Under the pieces are notes generated by a model. The model saw nothing but the letters and a program-made list of their open reading frames with translations. It made no database searches and was not told where the DNA came from. A stretch of 64,000 nt of DNA from Candidatus Poribacteria bacterium. GTDB lineage: Bacteria; Poribacteria; WGA-4E; PCPOR2b. Where the stretch lies: the NCBI GenBank assembly GCA_965218095.1, contig OZ244587.1, positions 4,320,001 to 4,384,000 of the forward strand. Direction: 5' to 3'. Made by a program: the position numbers and the translations under genes. Of this stretch, positions 30,755 through 42,495 are shown in pieces (position 1 is the stretch's first letter; each line of letters starts with the position of its first letter).

Positions 30755-32720
30755 CTACACCAGCCTCCAACGGATGAGAACGAAGCGAGTTTTGCCAATC
30801 ATGAGTTTTTTTTCTAGGGGACCTGTGTACGAGCCGACGAAGATCAGCATCTCCTCCCCGTTAAGGGTGATAGTGAAAGCGTAGCTAGCAGCACTGCCGT
30901 GACAGAGATAGTAGACTTCGTCTTCCCAGGTCTGTCCACCGTCGAGGCTTACCATGGCTCGGCCGCTGGCCAACTCCCTTGGATAGCGGTGGTCGTGGAC
31001 CACCACCACTCGGTCTTCGGAGAGGCCCACCGCCGAGCCAAAACACTGGCCGAAAACAGTGGTCAACTGCCTCAGATTTCTCCACGTCAGACCATCATCC
31101 GCCGAGTCGGCGAGGAAAACATGCTTGTAGGGAAACAGGCTCCTGAAGGTGGCGGTGCCTGTGCGCTCAAAGAGGTCTGGAGGGTTCCCAGGCAGCCTCG
31201 GTCGCTGATAACGGATGACCACCAGCAATTTGCTGGAGGGTAAGGCTGCGATGTTGGTCTCAACGGAGCACCAATCACCCAAGATAGAACGGTATGGGAA
31301 GGTGCGTCCACCATCCTTAGAACGGGAAGCGTACAGGGTGTTCTTACCCGAGATTACGGTGCTCCAATCTTCGCTGATCCGTGCCTCGCTGCTCTGGATA
31401 GGTAGCAGCAACGTGCCGTCTTCAAGTCGAGTCATGCTCCAACTATCGGCTTTCTTGAATGATGTGATGTCAATCTTGCCGATCTGCTCCCAAGTCTTGC
31501 CGTCGTTGTCAGAGTCCCAACTAGGTTCTGTTGACATTTGAGTATAAGGTTGTGGCATAATAGAAGAATGACGCCAATAACCTTACCTGATGAACAATGG
31601 AATAAGATATACCGATTTCTTCTTAGCTGTCCCACCATCTATGTTGGCGACGAAGCTGCTACACGCCGCTTTATCGAAGCGGTTCTCTGGGCGACCCGTA
31701 GTGGTGCTCAATGGAGACTTCTGCCAGACACCTATGGTAAATCGAACACCCTCTATAAGCGGTTTGCTCGGTGGTGCGACAAAGGGGGCTTCACACAGAT
31801 CCACCACCACTTCGCCGCCGACCCCGATATCGAGTCGCTTATTGTGGACAGTACAATCATTCGAGCGCACCCGTGTGCGGCGGGTGCCGAAAAAAAAGGG
31901 TGGCACTGAAAACCAAGCGTTAGGTCGCTCTCGCAGGGGATTCAGTACAAAAATTCACATCACCGTTGACGGCCTGGGTAATCCACTAAGAATACATCTG
32001 ACACCCGGTCAGAGACATGACATAACTGAGGCAGAAGGGTTGATAATCGGATATAAAAGCGAGTATGTGATTGGAGACATGGAGACAAGGGATATGACTC
32101 CGACAATTTTATCGCCGTTATTGAGGCGAATGGAGCGATTGCGGTGATACCGCCAAAAAGTCATCGTGTTGACCAAAGAACGTATGACAAACACTTATAC
32201 AAAGAGAGACATCGGGTTGAATGTTTCATTAACAAGATAAAATGGTATCGCCGCATCTTCTCTCGGTTCGAGAAGTTAGCTATCCGTTATTTTGGATTTC
32301 TCAGCTTTGTCGCCACTCTTATATGGCTCCCTTGAAATGTCAACAGAACCTAGTTAGGGAGGGTTGACTTATGTTAATCAGCCTGCCTTCTTTGTTGACC
32401 CCCCAATATAGCCAGCGCCTCGAGTGCGCTTGCGAAGGGTGCCGTTGAAGGTGTTCCCAAGTTTTCCCTCCGTCCGTCGACTTTGAAATAATTGTGAGTT
32501 GGGAGGCGTAGATGGTTCCGTTCGGAGCCAGAACCAAGCGCACGTCCTGAACGTATCCCTGTGGATCTAGTGGCATCCTGGTCTTCTCCACCGGTGCTTT
32601 CTTCAGCTTGCCGTTGCGGGCGTGCAAAATGTAGCCGCCAGCCTGCATCGCCTCGAGCTGCTCGGCACCGACCTCCACGCCGCCGAGGCGATCCGTCCGC
32701 AAGTGCGTCGATTCTTCCAT
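30755..32720 (-). pseudogene. BNR/Asp-box sialidase-like protein interrupted by IS5
   Basis: Removing the IS and one TA restores the frame (ISQPSLTSWDSDNDGKTW); multiple SxDxGxTW boxes. Confidence 0.88.
31524..32350 (+). mobile_element. IS5-family element, copy 2 (defective)
   Basis: Same TIRs and TA duplication; 827 bp; an 8-bp duplication TGGAGACA breaks ORF B, and 1 nt is missing before the A8 tract. Confidence 0.95.
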
Positions 32721-33283
32721 GCTTCCATCCTCCCTCGCTTACGCAGAATTCTTACGTCGAACTCACGTTAGTGTAGCATCCCGGCTGGTCCGCCGCCCAC
32801 GCAGAACAGCTTGGCCTTGCCGCCCAGCAGCGACTGATTTGAGAGTTCACCATGATTTTTGAATCGCTATCCCCACCGATAGCGTATCTAAAGCAAAAGC
32901 CTCGCCTATCGTCCAACAGGAAGGGTCATTATCCGCCGAAAATTGTTTGGTGCGCCTTGACCCATAAGCGCACATGACAGTCAGCCCGGTCGGTAGGGGC
33001 ATTTGTAGAAGTCTCTTTTGCCTGTCGGTGTCCTAGAAGCGATGGGCATAGGTCCTGCTGAAAAAGAGTTCGACTTTAGCGTGGTGATGAAGTCACCGCG
33101 CTAAAAAACCGCGCCCAATAAATTGGGCTCAAGCCCTCAAAAGTCCGACTCATCGGATGCCGTTTGGTAGCCTGCTGATTCATTAGCAGGCGGGGAGGTA
33201 CGCTAAATCCCTTAAATTAACGGCCATGGGGGGATATGGAATTTGCGCTAAATAAACAGGAAAACCAATGTGACTTTGACCGG

Positions 33284-33886
33284 TCATTTAGTTTCATTTA
33301 GCGCCTTCAGGTACTCACGCATCCACTGCCAGCCATCGCGAGCACCCCGCGCAGTGATAATGAGACCGTCCACCACCACCGGTGCCTCTACATACGTGGC
33401 CCCACAGACTTCGGCGTCGAACCGGCATTTCGCCACGGTGGCGATCTGCTTCCCCTTGATCACCCCGGCCATCGCCAGCACCTCAATCCCGTGGCAGACG
33501 GAGCCAACCGGTCGCCCTGCGTCCACCAGCCACTGCACAGTGTAAATTAGGTGCTCGTCGTAGCGAATGTATTCGGGCGCCCGGCCGCCACTGACCAACA
33601 GCCCCGCGTATTCCTCGGGGTTGATATCCCGGAAAGCGATGTCGGCATCCAGGTGATAGCCGGGACTTTCGCGAGTGATATCCCACCCCTCTGGCTGCTC
33701 GTGCAAGACAAGCGGGTAAGCCCGGACCTCGGGCGCCGCCACAACTACCTGATAACCAGCTTCTTGCAGACGCATCCACGGGTACAGCGTATCGGTCGCT
33801 TCGGCTGCGTCGCCAATGACCAAGAGAATTTTTCCTGTCGCCAAATCCTCTCCATTGGTTCGTCTCAGATGTCCTTCTATTGCCAT
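33284..33886 (-). CDS. DJ-1/PfpI family protein
   Basis: SGGRAPEY, SVCHG. Confidence 0.92.
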   Translation of the reverse strand: MAIEGHLRRTNGEDLATGKILLVIGDAAEATDTLYPWMRLQEAGYQVVVAAPEVRAYPLVLHEQPEGWDITRESPGYHLDADIAFRDINPEEYAGLLVSGGRAPEYIRYDEHLIYTVQWLVDAGRPVGSVCHGIEVLAMAGVIKGKQIATVAKCRFDAEVCGATYVEAPVVVDGLIITARGARDGWQWMREYLKALNETK

Positions 33887-33998
33887 TTTCTTTACCTCCA
33901 CTATTCTTAGTTATCACGGAGAGCCGGAAAGTCTTCTGAATATCTCTGGCTTTCCGGCTTTTTGACCTGCTGACTTTCCGTATCGATCAGTCCACGGC

Positions 33999-34657
33999 TC
34001 ATCTCACAACTGTGGTTTCTATGATTCGCACTGAATATTCCCCCGGATAGCGCGCGTTAGGCATATAAGGGTCTTCTATATCCAAGCTACCCGCCCGGAT
34101 TGTTATCTTGTTTGTCCTTTCTACCCTGAAGAAAGCGGTATTCTCGTAGACTCCCATCCAGATACTGCCGTAGAATCCTCCACTTCTGTGTGAGAACCAG
34201 TCTACTACCCCGCCGTGGCTATCCAGGTATTCTTGCTCTCTTGACTCTCCTTTGAACTGCCCCATGAGTACCCTTCTGCCGTAGTCGAAATGTATCCCAT
34301 TTAAGTTGTCGATTTGCTGTCTTTTCGGCGCGCCGGGTGCAAGGTCCTCGAGTTTTTCTTCGTCTTCCCCGTATTCGCAGACGACATACCCTTTGGGGCA
34401 ACATCCACTACTCACCACTGTAACCGCTACGATGGGTTGCTGCTCCTCGATAGTAATGAATCCCTTTTCAGGGATGACTCCATTCCTGTTTGAGTATCAT
34501 ACTCCGCAAAGTTTCCGAGGGTGACATTGACATAATTGAACGGCGACACGTACTCGTGGTGTTCGGTTGAAAAAGCTTCGGGCGTCTTTGGGGGCCCCAG
34601 CCTCTTCCTGTCTTCATCTGTGAATTGACTGAAGATCTTCACTGGCTCTCTTCTCAT
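33999..34657 (-). pseudogene. Hypothetical protein, frameshifted near 34485
   Basis: GGAGG RBS before ATG 34657; two ORFs join by a single frame change. Confidence 0.55.
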
Positions 34658-35249
34658 TTTAACAATACCTCCTTGGGGTTGCTCCAAATAATGGAGTGAT
34701 GCAGGGGAGGGTTTCTACGCTTGAAGGCGGGTTCAGAGCCCCGTCATACAACTGAACTTATAGCGAGTAAAACGCGCGCTTCTCCTGTCATCCTCAACGA
34801 AGGGACGGATCTCTTGCACCTTAACGAGGAGATTCTTCGCTGCGCTCTATTAGACTTCCAAGAAACTACCCGCAATGCACTCTATAACCTTTGGTGCTAG
34901 TTTTGGAATGTGGATTTAATAACGACGGGCATAAAGCCCTGGACCACGGAAAATCGTGTCGTAGCCTAGTACACGTCGGCAGAAGTATCTGAGCCTCCCA
35001 GCCTCGATTCTCCCCCTTGCAGAGCCCCACTAGGCGGGATTAAGAAACCTGCTCCGAGCCATCGGAGGGGAATTAGAGGGGGTCAAGAACTTACGCCACC
35101 CTGCTCTAGTCCCTTGTGGGTGTTGAGTTTGGTACGAACCTAGCACCATTGGTTTTATAGTAGTTACGCAAGTTGTCTACCGAAATGTTAATCCCAATTC
35201 GCATGAGGGAATTGTTAAAGCGGCGTTTTTAGCCATCTTGTGAAGATAC

Positions 35250-36952
35250 CTAACTCTTCGCTTTGATGCGTCCCCAACTGGCAGCCAATTTGCCATTGGC
35301 ATCCACGGAGAATCGCCCCCCAAGTCCCCCATTTATGAACTTTTCGATCTCTGCTTCGTCTAACGCCCGGTTGAAAATCGCAGGTTCGTCTATCGCTCCC
35401 ATCATCCAAAACTGGTTTCCATTTCCTCCAGCGCCAATTGTTACATCAGCTAAGCTGAACTCCGGCTCCCCACACTGTGTCTCCTCTTTATTCCCATCAA
35501 TGTAGGCGCGTAGAGTTCCCTTCTCAACAGTCATAACGCAATAGTGCCACTTGTCATCAGTGACTTTCGCTTGGCTGTCTATCCGCGTATCTGCCGGATC
35601 ATGGAGGTTAAAGTGGATGCCCCCATTAACTGGGATGACGAACATGCCGTAGTTTCTTCTGTTAAGCGTTTTTGTGAGTATGGTCTGCCAAGTATTCTTG
35701 CGGTTGCACTTAACCCACGCGGCGATCGTGAAAGCCTTTAAATCGAAGTCTTTGTGATGTTTAATCTTGACAAAACTATTAGAGGGAACCCAAGTTGCGA
35801 CCTATTCATCGAATATGTGAGTGAACTCAGAGCTGATTGATACTGCTAGCCAATACAAACAAGACCACTTTCAATTCAAATCCGTGTCGCGTTACTGCAT
35901 GGATTGAACGTGGAAGCAGTTTGTTAATCAAACTGCCAGCCGTCTCAACAGACTTACGATGGTAATTAGCCAAGTAGGTCTCCCATGGTGGATACAGCCG
36001 CTTGGAATTCTTCTTGCGTACTGGCTTTAATTCGACTCCGACTGATGTAACAATATCTTCTATCTCATAATTATTGTATGCTTTGTCACCATAGCCCGGT
36101 GGCAAGTCGAAGTCAAACCACTGTAACCCTTCAACGTCCCCTGTACTGGCTGGGGTCACAAAAAATTCAACAGGGTGTCGACTCGCAGTCACTAGCAGAT
36201 GAACTTTCAAGCCATAGAAATACCGACGTTTGGACGCTTGATAGCCTCGATATGCCTTATCGGTGTAGATTTTTGACCGACGAATGCGGAACAAACAGCA
36301 ATTGGTATGGTATCCAGTGCATAGATTTTCTGTTGATTAAGTTGCACATAGCTTCGTCCCAAGATTTTGAACAATGTGGTGAACATCGGTTTAATTCGAT
36401 GAAGTCGTCGGTTGAATCGACTTTTTGAAAGCATCTTGGGTATATAGCCATGAGTCTTTAGAAAGTCACAAGTGGTTTGCAAGTTTGCCCCGAAGAACAA
36501 CGCAGCGACGATGCCGGTGGTCATCACTTCGGCATCAGACATCTGCGTTTGTGGGTGTGGTTTTGAGTTGAGTGCTTCTAAGAGCTTGTCACAGAGATAG
36601 AAAATGGTTGCAATTTGGATGTCCATGGGTTTCTCCTTTGGTTTCTCCTTTGAGGTATTATGGTTTGGATTACCTCTACTTTAACGGAAAACCCATGGAT
36701 TTTCAATTACTAGCAACTTGGGTTAGAGGGACCAAAACTCAAAGCTTGTCCGAATTTCCCCTTGACCCACTTGGCTTTGATGATTCTTCCATCATGCCCG
36801 TTGCCAGAGACATCCCTTGCCACTTTTCCTTCCCCTTCGTCAAAAGTCCATGCCGCGACGAGTCCCGCTATCTCTATTGCCCTGGCATCTGATATGCCTA
36901 TTGTTATCAGAATGCAGATACCAATAAGACTCATCCAAATTTTCTTGCTCAT
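35250..36952 (-). pseudogene. Secreted LamG/concanavalin A-like jellyroll protein interrupted by IS982
   Basis: Removing the IS and one TSD restores the frame (ALSFGPSNSFVKIKHHKDFDLKAFTIAAWVK). Signal peptide, WTFDEG..DVSGNGHDG, C-terminal GKLAASWGRIK. Confidence 0.9.
35788..36723 (-). mobile_element. IS982-family element, transposase frameshifted
   Basis: TIR ACCCAAGTTGC, 8-bp TSD TAGAGGGA, 936 bp. Motifs SKSRFNRR, YFYGLKVH, GDKAY, RKSVET. Confidence 0.92.
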
Positions 36953-37257
36953 TTTACCCCTTTCACTTTTTTAAGTGATTATGAATAAATGTCTTCCATA
37001 ATTCCCCTCACTCTAACCTTCTCCCACCAGGGGAGAGGGAACTATTTCTCCCCTTGCCCTTGACGGGAGAGGGGCCGGGGGTGAGGGCGAAAACGTAAAA
37101 GGAAATAATTCAAACTTACTTGACATTTTACCGCAACACTTCCGTTGAAATTTCTCGGACGAAACGAACCTTCTCGAAAAAAGCATAAGCGGTTGTCATT
37201 TCGCGGAGTCGCGAGCCAATTGAACATCTTTTCACTCACTAGCCGGTAATCGGGTTT

Positions 37258-38517
37258 CTATAAGACCAACTTCGGCTCTTTATAGCAGTTGAAAGCAACC
37301 AGCAGCGACTTCAGGATGCGCAGGGATATCCCCTCCTGCCATTCCACCACTTCGCTCGCAAGCCACAGTCCCGGCAGACAGCGAAGCAACGTGTTGAAGG
37401 CGATTTGACCCTCCAGCCGGGCCAGCGGCCCGCCCAGGCAGAAGTGGATTCCGTAACCGAACGCCACGTGCCGGTTCTCCTGCCGGCTGATGTCGAATCG
37501 ATCAGGATCCGGAAACTGCGACGAATCCCGGTTGGCTGCGCCCAGCATGGCCCAAATACGCTGCCCCTGCTCAATGCGTTTTCCGTGCAGTTCGAAATCT
37601 TGCTTGGCCACCCGTGAAATGCGTTGTATTGAACTATCGTAACGCAAGAATTCCTCCACCGCAGTTTTGATCGATGAGGGCTCGTTCTTCAGTTTTTGCA
37701 ATTGATCGGGGTGCTGCAGGAGCGCCAGCAGGCCGTTCCCGATCAACCCCGTCGTTGTCTCGTGGCCGGCGAGGAGCAGAAAGGAGCACATCCCGAACAA
37801 CTCCGTCTCGCTGAGCTTGTCGCTCTGCTCCTCAACGGCGACAAGAGCACTCATCAAGTCTTCCTGGGGGTGCTGCTGGCGTTGGTCGAATAAGCCGCGC
37901 AGGTAATCCGTCTGTTCAAGTGCGCTCTGATTGGCGCGCCGGGCGATGTTGGGGAAGGTTGGGCTAACCCCCTCCAAGAACGCGGCAATGTCGTCGGCCC
38001 AATGTTTGAACTGATCGCGATCTTCCGGGGGGACCCCCAGCATCTCGGCGATCACAATGGCCGGCAAGGGGTAAGCAAAATCGCGGATCACTTCCATGCA
38101 CCCGGTATCCTTGACCGCGTCAAGCAACTCGTCCACAATCGCCTGAATACGTGGGCGCAGGCGCTCCAGCATACGTGGGGTGAAGGCTTTACCCACCAGT
38201 GCCCGGAGACGCGTATGGTCCGGTGGGTCATAGTTCGACATGAACGCTAAGAGACAACGCCGGAGCGGCTGCATCTCCGCCTGCATCGCCTCCGGCAACT
38301 GCTTGAATAATAAACTTTGTCGTTCAGCGGTCAGGCGTGGATCATATTGCAAGGCGAACTTGACATCGTCGTAACGGGTGAGGATCCAACTGTTTGCCAA
38401 GTCGCTCCAGTGGACAGGATCTTCGGACCGGAGCTGCTCATAGAGAGGATAGGGGTTTGCCAACTGCCCTCTACAAAATAGTGTGTATTCGTCGAGCGTC
38501 TGATTATCTTCTTGCAT
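37258..38517 (-). CDS. Cytochrome P450 (CYP107-like), paralog 2
   Basis: DPPDHTRLR, LLLAGHETT, EEFLRY, FGYGIHFCLG; GAGGA RBS. Confidence 0.96.
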   Translation of the reverse strand: MQEDNQTLDEYTLFCRGQLANPYPLYEQLRSEDPVHWSDLANSWILTRYDDVKFALQYDPRLTAERQSLLFKQLPEAMQAEMQPLRRCLLAFMSNYDPPDHTRLRALVGKAFTPRMLERLRPRIQAIVDELLDAVKDTGCMEVIRDFAYPLPAIVIAEMLGVPPEDRDQFKHWADDIAAFLEGVSPTFPNIARRANQSALEQTDYLRGLFDQRQQHPQEDLMSALVAVEEQSDKLSETELFGMCSFLLLAGHETTTGLIGNGLLALLQHPDQLQKLKNEPSSIKTAVEEFLRYDSSIQRISRVAKQDFELHGKRIEQGQRIWAMLGAANRDSSQFPDPDRFDISRQENRHVAFGYGIHFCLGGPLARLEGQIAFNTLLRCLPGLWLASEVVEWQEGISLRILKSLLVAFNCYKEPKLVL

Positions 38518-38577
38518 AGCTATCCTCGATTTCCCACTACGCTGCACATAACCTGCGCTAATGACGTATAATCTTCA

Positions 38578-38705
38578 TAGGACTTACGCAATTGAATCGG
38601 TATCCCCCAACCTTCTGTGCATCTTACATCTTGTATCGGATTCAGGATTCAAGATGCGGGATGCGGTCAAATCGCAGGTTCTGCACATCGGCTGCGTAAG
38701 TCCTA
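38578..38705. mobile_element. MITE with YAGGACTTACGCA terminal inverted repeats (128 bp)
   Basis: Perfect 13-bp TIR; 5-bp TSD CTTCA overlaps the P450 stop codon. Confidence 0.92.
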
Positions 38706-38707
38706 CT

Positions 38708-39940
38708 TCAGTTGAAAGCAACCGGCAGCAACTTCAGGGTGCGCAGGGATACCCCCTCCTGCCACTCCAGCACTTCGCTCGCCAGTCGCAGTCCCGGCAG
38801 CCGGCGAAGCAGCGTGTTGAAGGCGATTGCCCCCTCAAGACGCGCCAACGCCGCACCCAGGCAATGATGAACCCCATGGCCAAAGGCGACGTGCCGGTTC
38901 TTCTGCCGGCTGATGTCAAGCCGGTCAGGTTCGGGAAACTGGGCTGGGTCCCGGTTCGCCGCGCCCTGCATCGCCCAGATACGCTGTCCCTGTCTAATTT
39001 GCTTGCCGCCCAGTTCGAAGGCTTGCACCGCCACGCGGGAAATGCGCTGAATTGAACTGTCGTAACGCAAGAATTCTTCGACAGCAGTCTTGATCAGTGA
39101 GGGATCGTTCCTCAGTTTCTGCATCTGATCCGGGTGCTGCAGCAGCGCCAGCAGGCCATTGCCAATCAGCCCCGTCGTCGTTTCATGGCCGGCTTCTAGT
39201 ATGAAGGAGCACATCCCAAACAACTCCGCCTCGCTCAATCTATCGCCCGCCTCCTCGACAGCGACGAGCGCGCTGATCAGGTCCTCCTGGGGATGCTGCC
39301 GGCGCTCGGCGAATAAGCGGCCCAGGTAGTCTGTCAGCTCAAGCACGCTCTGATTGGTGCGCCTGGCAACGGCAGCATAGTCTTCGCCAACTCCCTCGAA
39401 AAACTCGGCAATATCGTCAGACCACTGCTTGAACTGATCGCGATCTTCCGGGGGGACCCCCAGCATCTCAGCGACCACGATGGCCGGCAAGGGATAGGCA
39501 AATTCGCGGATCACCTCCATACGTCCACTGTGGTAGACGGCATCGACCAGTTCGTCTACAATCTCTTGAATACGCGGGCGCAAGCATTCTAACATGCGTG
39601 GCGTGAAGGTTTTGTTCACCAACGTCCGCAGACGAGTGTGGTCCGGTGGGTCATAGTACTGCAAAAACGTTGAGAGGTGCTGTCGGAGCGGCTCCACCTC
39701 TATCTGCGTCGCCTCCGGTAACTGCTGAATTAACGGACTGAGCCGTTCCGCGGTCAGGCGCGGATCGTATTGCAAGGCGAACTGGACATCGTCGTAGCGG
39801 GTGAGGATCCAACTGTTCGCTAAGTCGCTCCAGTGGACAGGATCTTCGGACCGGAGCTGATGATAGAGAGGATAAGGGTTTGCCAACCACCCTCTACAAA
39901 ACAGCGTGTATTCATCGAGCGTCTGATTATTTTCTTGCAT
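38708..39940 (-). CDS. Cytochrome P450 (CYP107-like), paralog 1
   Basis: ILEAGHETT, EEFLRY, FGHGVHHCLG. Confidence 0.96.
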   Translation of the reverse strand: MQENNQTLDEYTLFCRGWLANPYPLYHQLRSEDPVHWSDLANSWILTRYDDVQFALQYDPRLTAERLSPLIQQLPEATQIEVEPLRQHLSTFLQYYDPPDHTRLRTLVNKTFTPRMLECLRPRIQEIVDELVDAVYHSGRMEVIREFAYPLPAIVVAEMLGVPPEDRDQFKQWSDDIAEFFEGVGEDYAAVARRTNQSVLELTDYLGRLFAERRQHPQEDLISALVAVEEAGDRLSEAELFGMCSFILEAGHETTTGLIGNGLLALLQHPDQMQKLRNDPSLIKTAVEEFLRYDSSIQRISRVAVQAFELGGKQIRQGQRIWAMQGAANRDPAQFPEPDRLDISRQKNRHVAFGHGVHHCLGAALARLEGAIAFNTLLRRLPGLRLASEVLEWQEGVSLRTLKLLPVAFN

Positions 39941-39953
39941 AGCTATCCTCCAA

Positions 39954-40730
39954 CTACTTAGGCGCAGAAGCCGCGCCGACCATACAGCCACCGTCGGTAA
40001 GAATAGTAGATCCTGTCAGATAATCGGAAGCCTCAGAAGCTAGGAAACCTACCGTTTCGGCAACGTCTTCTACCTGTTGTATTTTGCCAAGGGGAATGAG
40101 ATTCATGAACTCTTCGCGAAATTCGGGGAATTCTTCCATTTCTCGCGCCGTTAATCCGCCCTCGACGATTCCGGGAGCGACAACATTGACAGTGATGCCA
40201 TAAGGCGCCAATTCTAAAGCCGCGCAGCGGGCAAGCATCCACACGCCCGCCTTCGACACGCAGTAAGGGGCGATGAGCGTGTAGGGAACATCCTGAACCC
40301 AGGATCCAGTGAAAATAATCTTACCTTTCTGTTTTGATTCGACCCATCTCTGCGCGACAGCCTGGCAAACGTGGAAGTAGCCTGTCAGGTTAATGTCGAG
40401 ATGTTGCTGCCATTGCTCAACCGTATATTCAAGGAAAGGCACATTCATGCTTATACCCGCATTGCACATGCAGACATCCAATCGACCAAATTCTTCCCAT
40501 AGTTTATCCATGGTGCCCTCGACTAATCCTCTGTCAACCACGTCAGCCTTCAAGTACAGAACCTTTATTCCCTTTTCCCTCAAGGCTCGAATTCGTGCAT
40601 TTGCCTGCTCCTCATCTACCCGATCCAGGAGCGCCAGATTCATCCCCATGTCACCCATCTTTTGAGCTGAGGCAAATCCGATATCTCCCGCACCTCCTGT
40701 GATTAGGGCTACCTTTGTGTCAGGCGCCAT
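39954..40730 (-). CDS. SDR family NAD(P)-dependent oxidoreductase
   Basis: TGGAGDIG, NAGI, YCVSK, DGG. Confidence 0.95.
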   Translation of the reverse strand: MAPDTKVALITGGAGDIGFASAQKMGDMGMNLALLDRVDEEQANARIRALREKGIKVLYLKADVVDRGLVEGTMDKLWEEFGRLDVCMCNAGISMNVPFLEYTVEQWQQHLDINLTGYFHVCQAVAQRWVESKQKGKIIFTGSWVQDVPYTLIAPYCVSKAGVWMLARCAALELAPYGITVNVVAPGIVEGGLTAREMEEFPEFREEFMNLIPLGKIQQVEDVAETVGFLASEASDYLTGSTILTDGGCMVGAASAPK

Positions 40731-40859
40731 CTTTGCACCTCCATTATTTTTTGGATTCTATCGATTCAATTCTGCTCCATTGGCCTGGAAAAGTACCGGA
40801 AGGTGTAATGGTCAACAGGATGATAGACACTTTTGCTCACCAAATCTAAGCGACAAATC

Positions 40860-40884
40860 GTAGGGTGGGCAGTGCCCACCCTAC
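40860..40884. repeat. GTAG-type REP-like perfect palindrome
   Basis: GTAGGGTGGGCAGTGCCCACCCTAC. Confidence 0.75.
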
Positions 40885-40945
40885 AAGGAATGATGTCTAC
40901 CATCTTCCTGACTAATACATTCTTTTGGAATTTTCAAACAGCCTC

Positions 40946-41701
40946 TTAGCGCGCTCTCTTTATCGCTCCCCAAAACGTGGCGAGCTTCCCCGAGGCACCC
41001 ACCGCGGCGACGCCTATATCTTTCTGAAACGCATCCCTTATCTCTTTTTCTGTCCGTGCGACCTTCGAAATACGAAGATTATCCAGCGCACCGTTGAAGA
41101 ACCCTCTCGTTCCGTCTTCTGCACCGATGAACAGATCACTGGCGCCGCCAAGGTCCCCATTCCTACCCTTCTCCACGGCGAGCTTTGCATCCACATAAAG
41201 TTTCATCTTCTTCCCGTCATAGACCGCGGCATAGTGATGCCACTCGCCAACAGGCACAGTCTTTTCTGTGTTCATATCGGTTTGACCCTTGACGGTATCA
41301 ATCATCATGTAAACGGCAAAGCTACCCCCCGCCCAGAACATCAGCTCAAATCCTCCACCCGCTCTCTTATCGAAGATCAAATCATTATCACCCCCGTGAT
41401 CCCGTTTCGCCCATGCCTCAAAAGTGATATTTTTTCTGATATTCAACGTATCTGATTTTTTAACCAGGATGAAGGATTTCCCATCGAATTCATAACCATT
41501 ACCCCACTTCCCCCTGACGATCTTGATTTTGCCCTGAATCTTTCCATCATTGCCGTTCCCGGAAAGATCTTTGACCGTCTTACCGTTGATTTCTTCACAC
41601 GGAAACAGTAATACTGTATCGGCATCTTCGGAGAACCCAACAACGGGGGCAACCGTTAAAAACAATACGGCTGCCAGAAAAACAGTGAATTTTTTCATCA
41701 C
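40946..41701 (-). CDS. Secreted LamG/concanavalin A-like jellyroll protein
   Basis: Signal peptide, DLSGNGNDG, TFEAW, WHHYAAVYDG..LYVD, FNGALDNLRI, C-terminal GKLATFWGAIK. Confidence 0.92.
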   Translation of the reverse strand: MMKKFTVFLAAVLFLTVAPVVGFSEDADTVLLFPCEEINGKTVKDLSGNGNDGKIQGKIKIVRGKWGNGYEFDGKSFILVKKSDTLNIRKNITFEAWAKRDHGGDNDLIFDKRAGGGFELMFWAGGSFAVYMMIDTVKGQTDMNTEKTVPVGEWHHYAAVYDGKKMKLYVDAKLAVEKGRNGDLGGASDLFIGAEDGTRGFFNGALDNLRISKVARTEKEIRDAFQKDIGVAAVGASGKLATFWGAIKRAR

Positions 41702-41851
41702 GAAAACCTCCTTTTATTTTGACAATGTGAACTTGACTTTGTCACATGAAAATGAATGGTACTGAAGTCAGACCTTATTCTGGGCTGTACGAAGCGAAGT
41801 CTATAGGCTCGTCAGCGGTACCGTAAATAATGAACCACAGAAACGGTCCTA

Positions 41852-41973
41852 GGGCGTGTTGACGAATTCCTCTTGCTCCCTTTGGATTGGCAAATCCAAG
41901 GATCGGGAAATGCCTTTCCCAATCGAGCAAAAGCGCGTCACGAGTGCGTTTCCCCGAGTTCGTCAACACGCCC
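41852..41973. mobile_element. IS5-type MITE (122 bp)
   Basis: 15-bp TIR GGGCGTGTTGACGAA with TA duplication; shares the TGTTGAC core with the IS5 TIR. Confidence 0.85.
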
Positions 41974-42183
41974 TAAACCGGCATTGGAGGGAATTACCCA
42001 TTACGTGTTTTGCCCTGGGTCTATCCAGATATCTGGGGGAATGAGCCCTTGAAGGTACATTGGCTTTCTCTCCAAGTCGCATGAATTCTACACAATTTAT
42101 TCTACACGAAATCGGCACCATTGTCAAGCGCCATCTCGTAAAGGGTGTGGCAAGAACTTGTCAGTCTATCAAAGTCGCCGGGG

Positions 42184-42495
42184 CTATTGGTCCGTCTTCC
42201 TGAGCGCAATATAGCCTCCTTGGGGAACGCCCAGGTCAACCAGCAAAGCTCCGTCCGTGGCGCTCAAGTTCGTCTCCGAAAGCAGCGTTGGATCATAGTT
42301 ATGTACCATCGCCGCAAACTCACCCTCAACATCCGAGAGGATCGTGTACAGGGCGTCCTCGTTGGTGCAATTGAACAGGTAGATCTCCGCCGCTTCCTGG
42401 TTGAGCGGCACTTTCAGCGCCGGGAAGTTGGCATAGTGCACAAAGTCCTTCCGGCCATGCTCAACCTTGATCGTCGAGAACAGGACATCGTGCTG
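42184..42495 (-). pseudogene. C-terminal gene fragment starting at a REP hairpin
   Basis: Open frame QHDVLFSTIKVEHG..GGYIALRKTDQ* with no convincing start; it begins at the loop of a half REP. Confidence 0.55.

Noticed and set aside
38561-39055. Similar ORFs at 38561, 48774 and 48944 as a protein family
   Set aside because: The similarity comes from reading through two copies of the same MITE.
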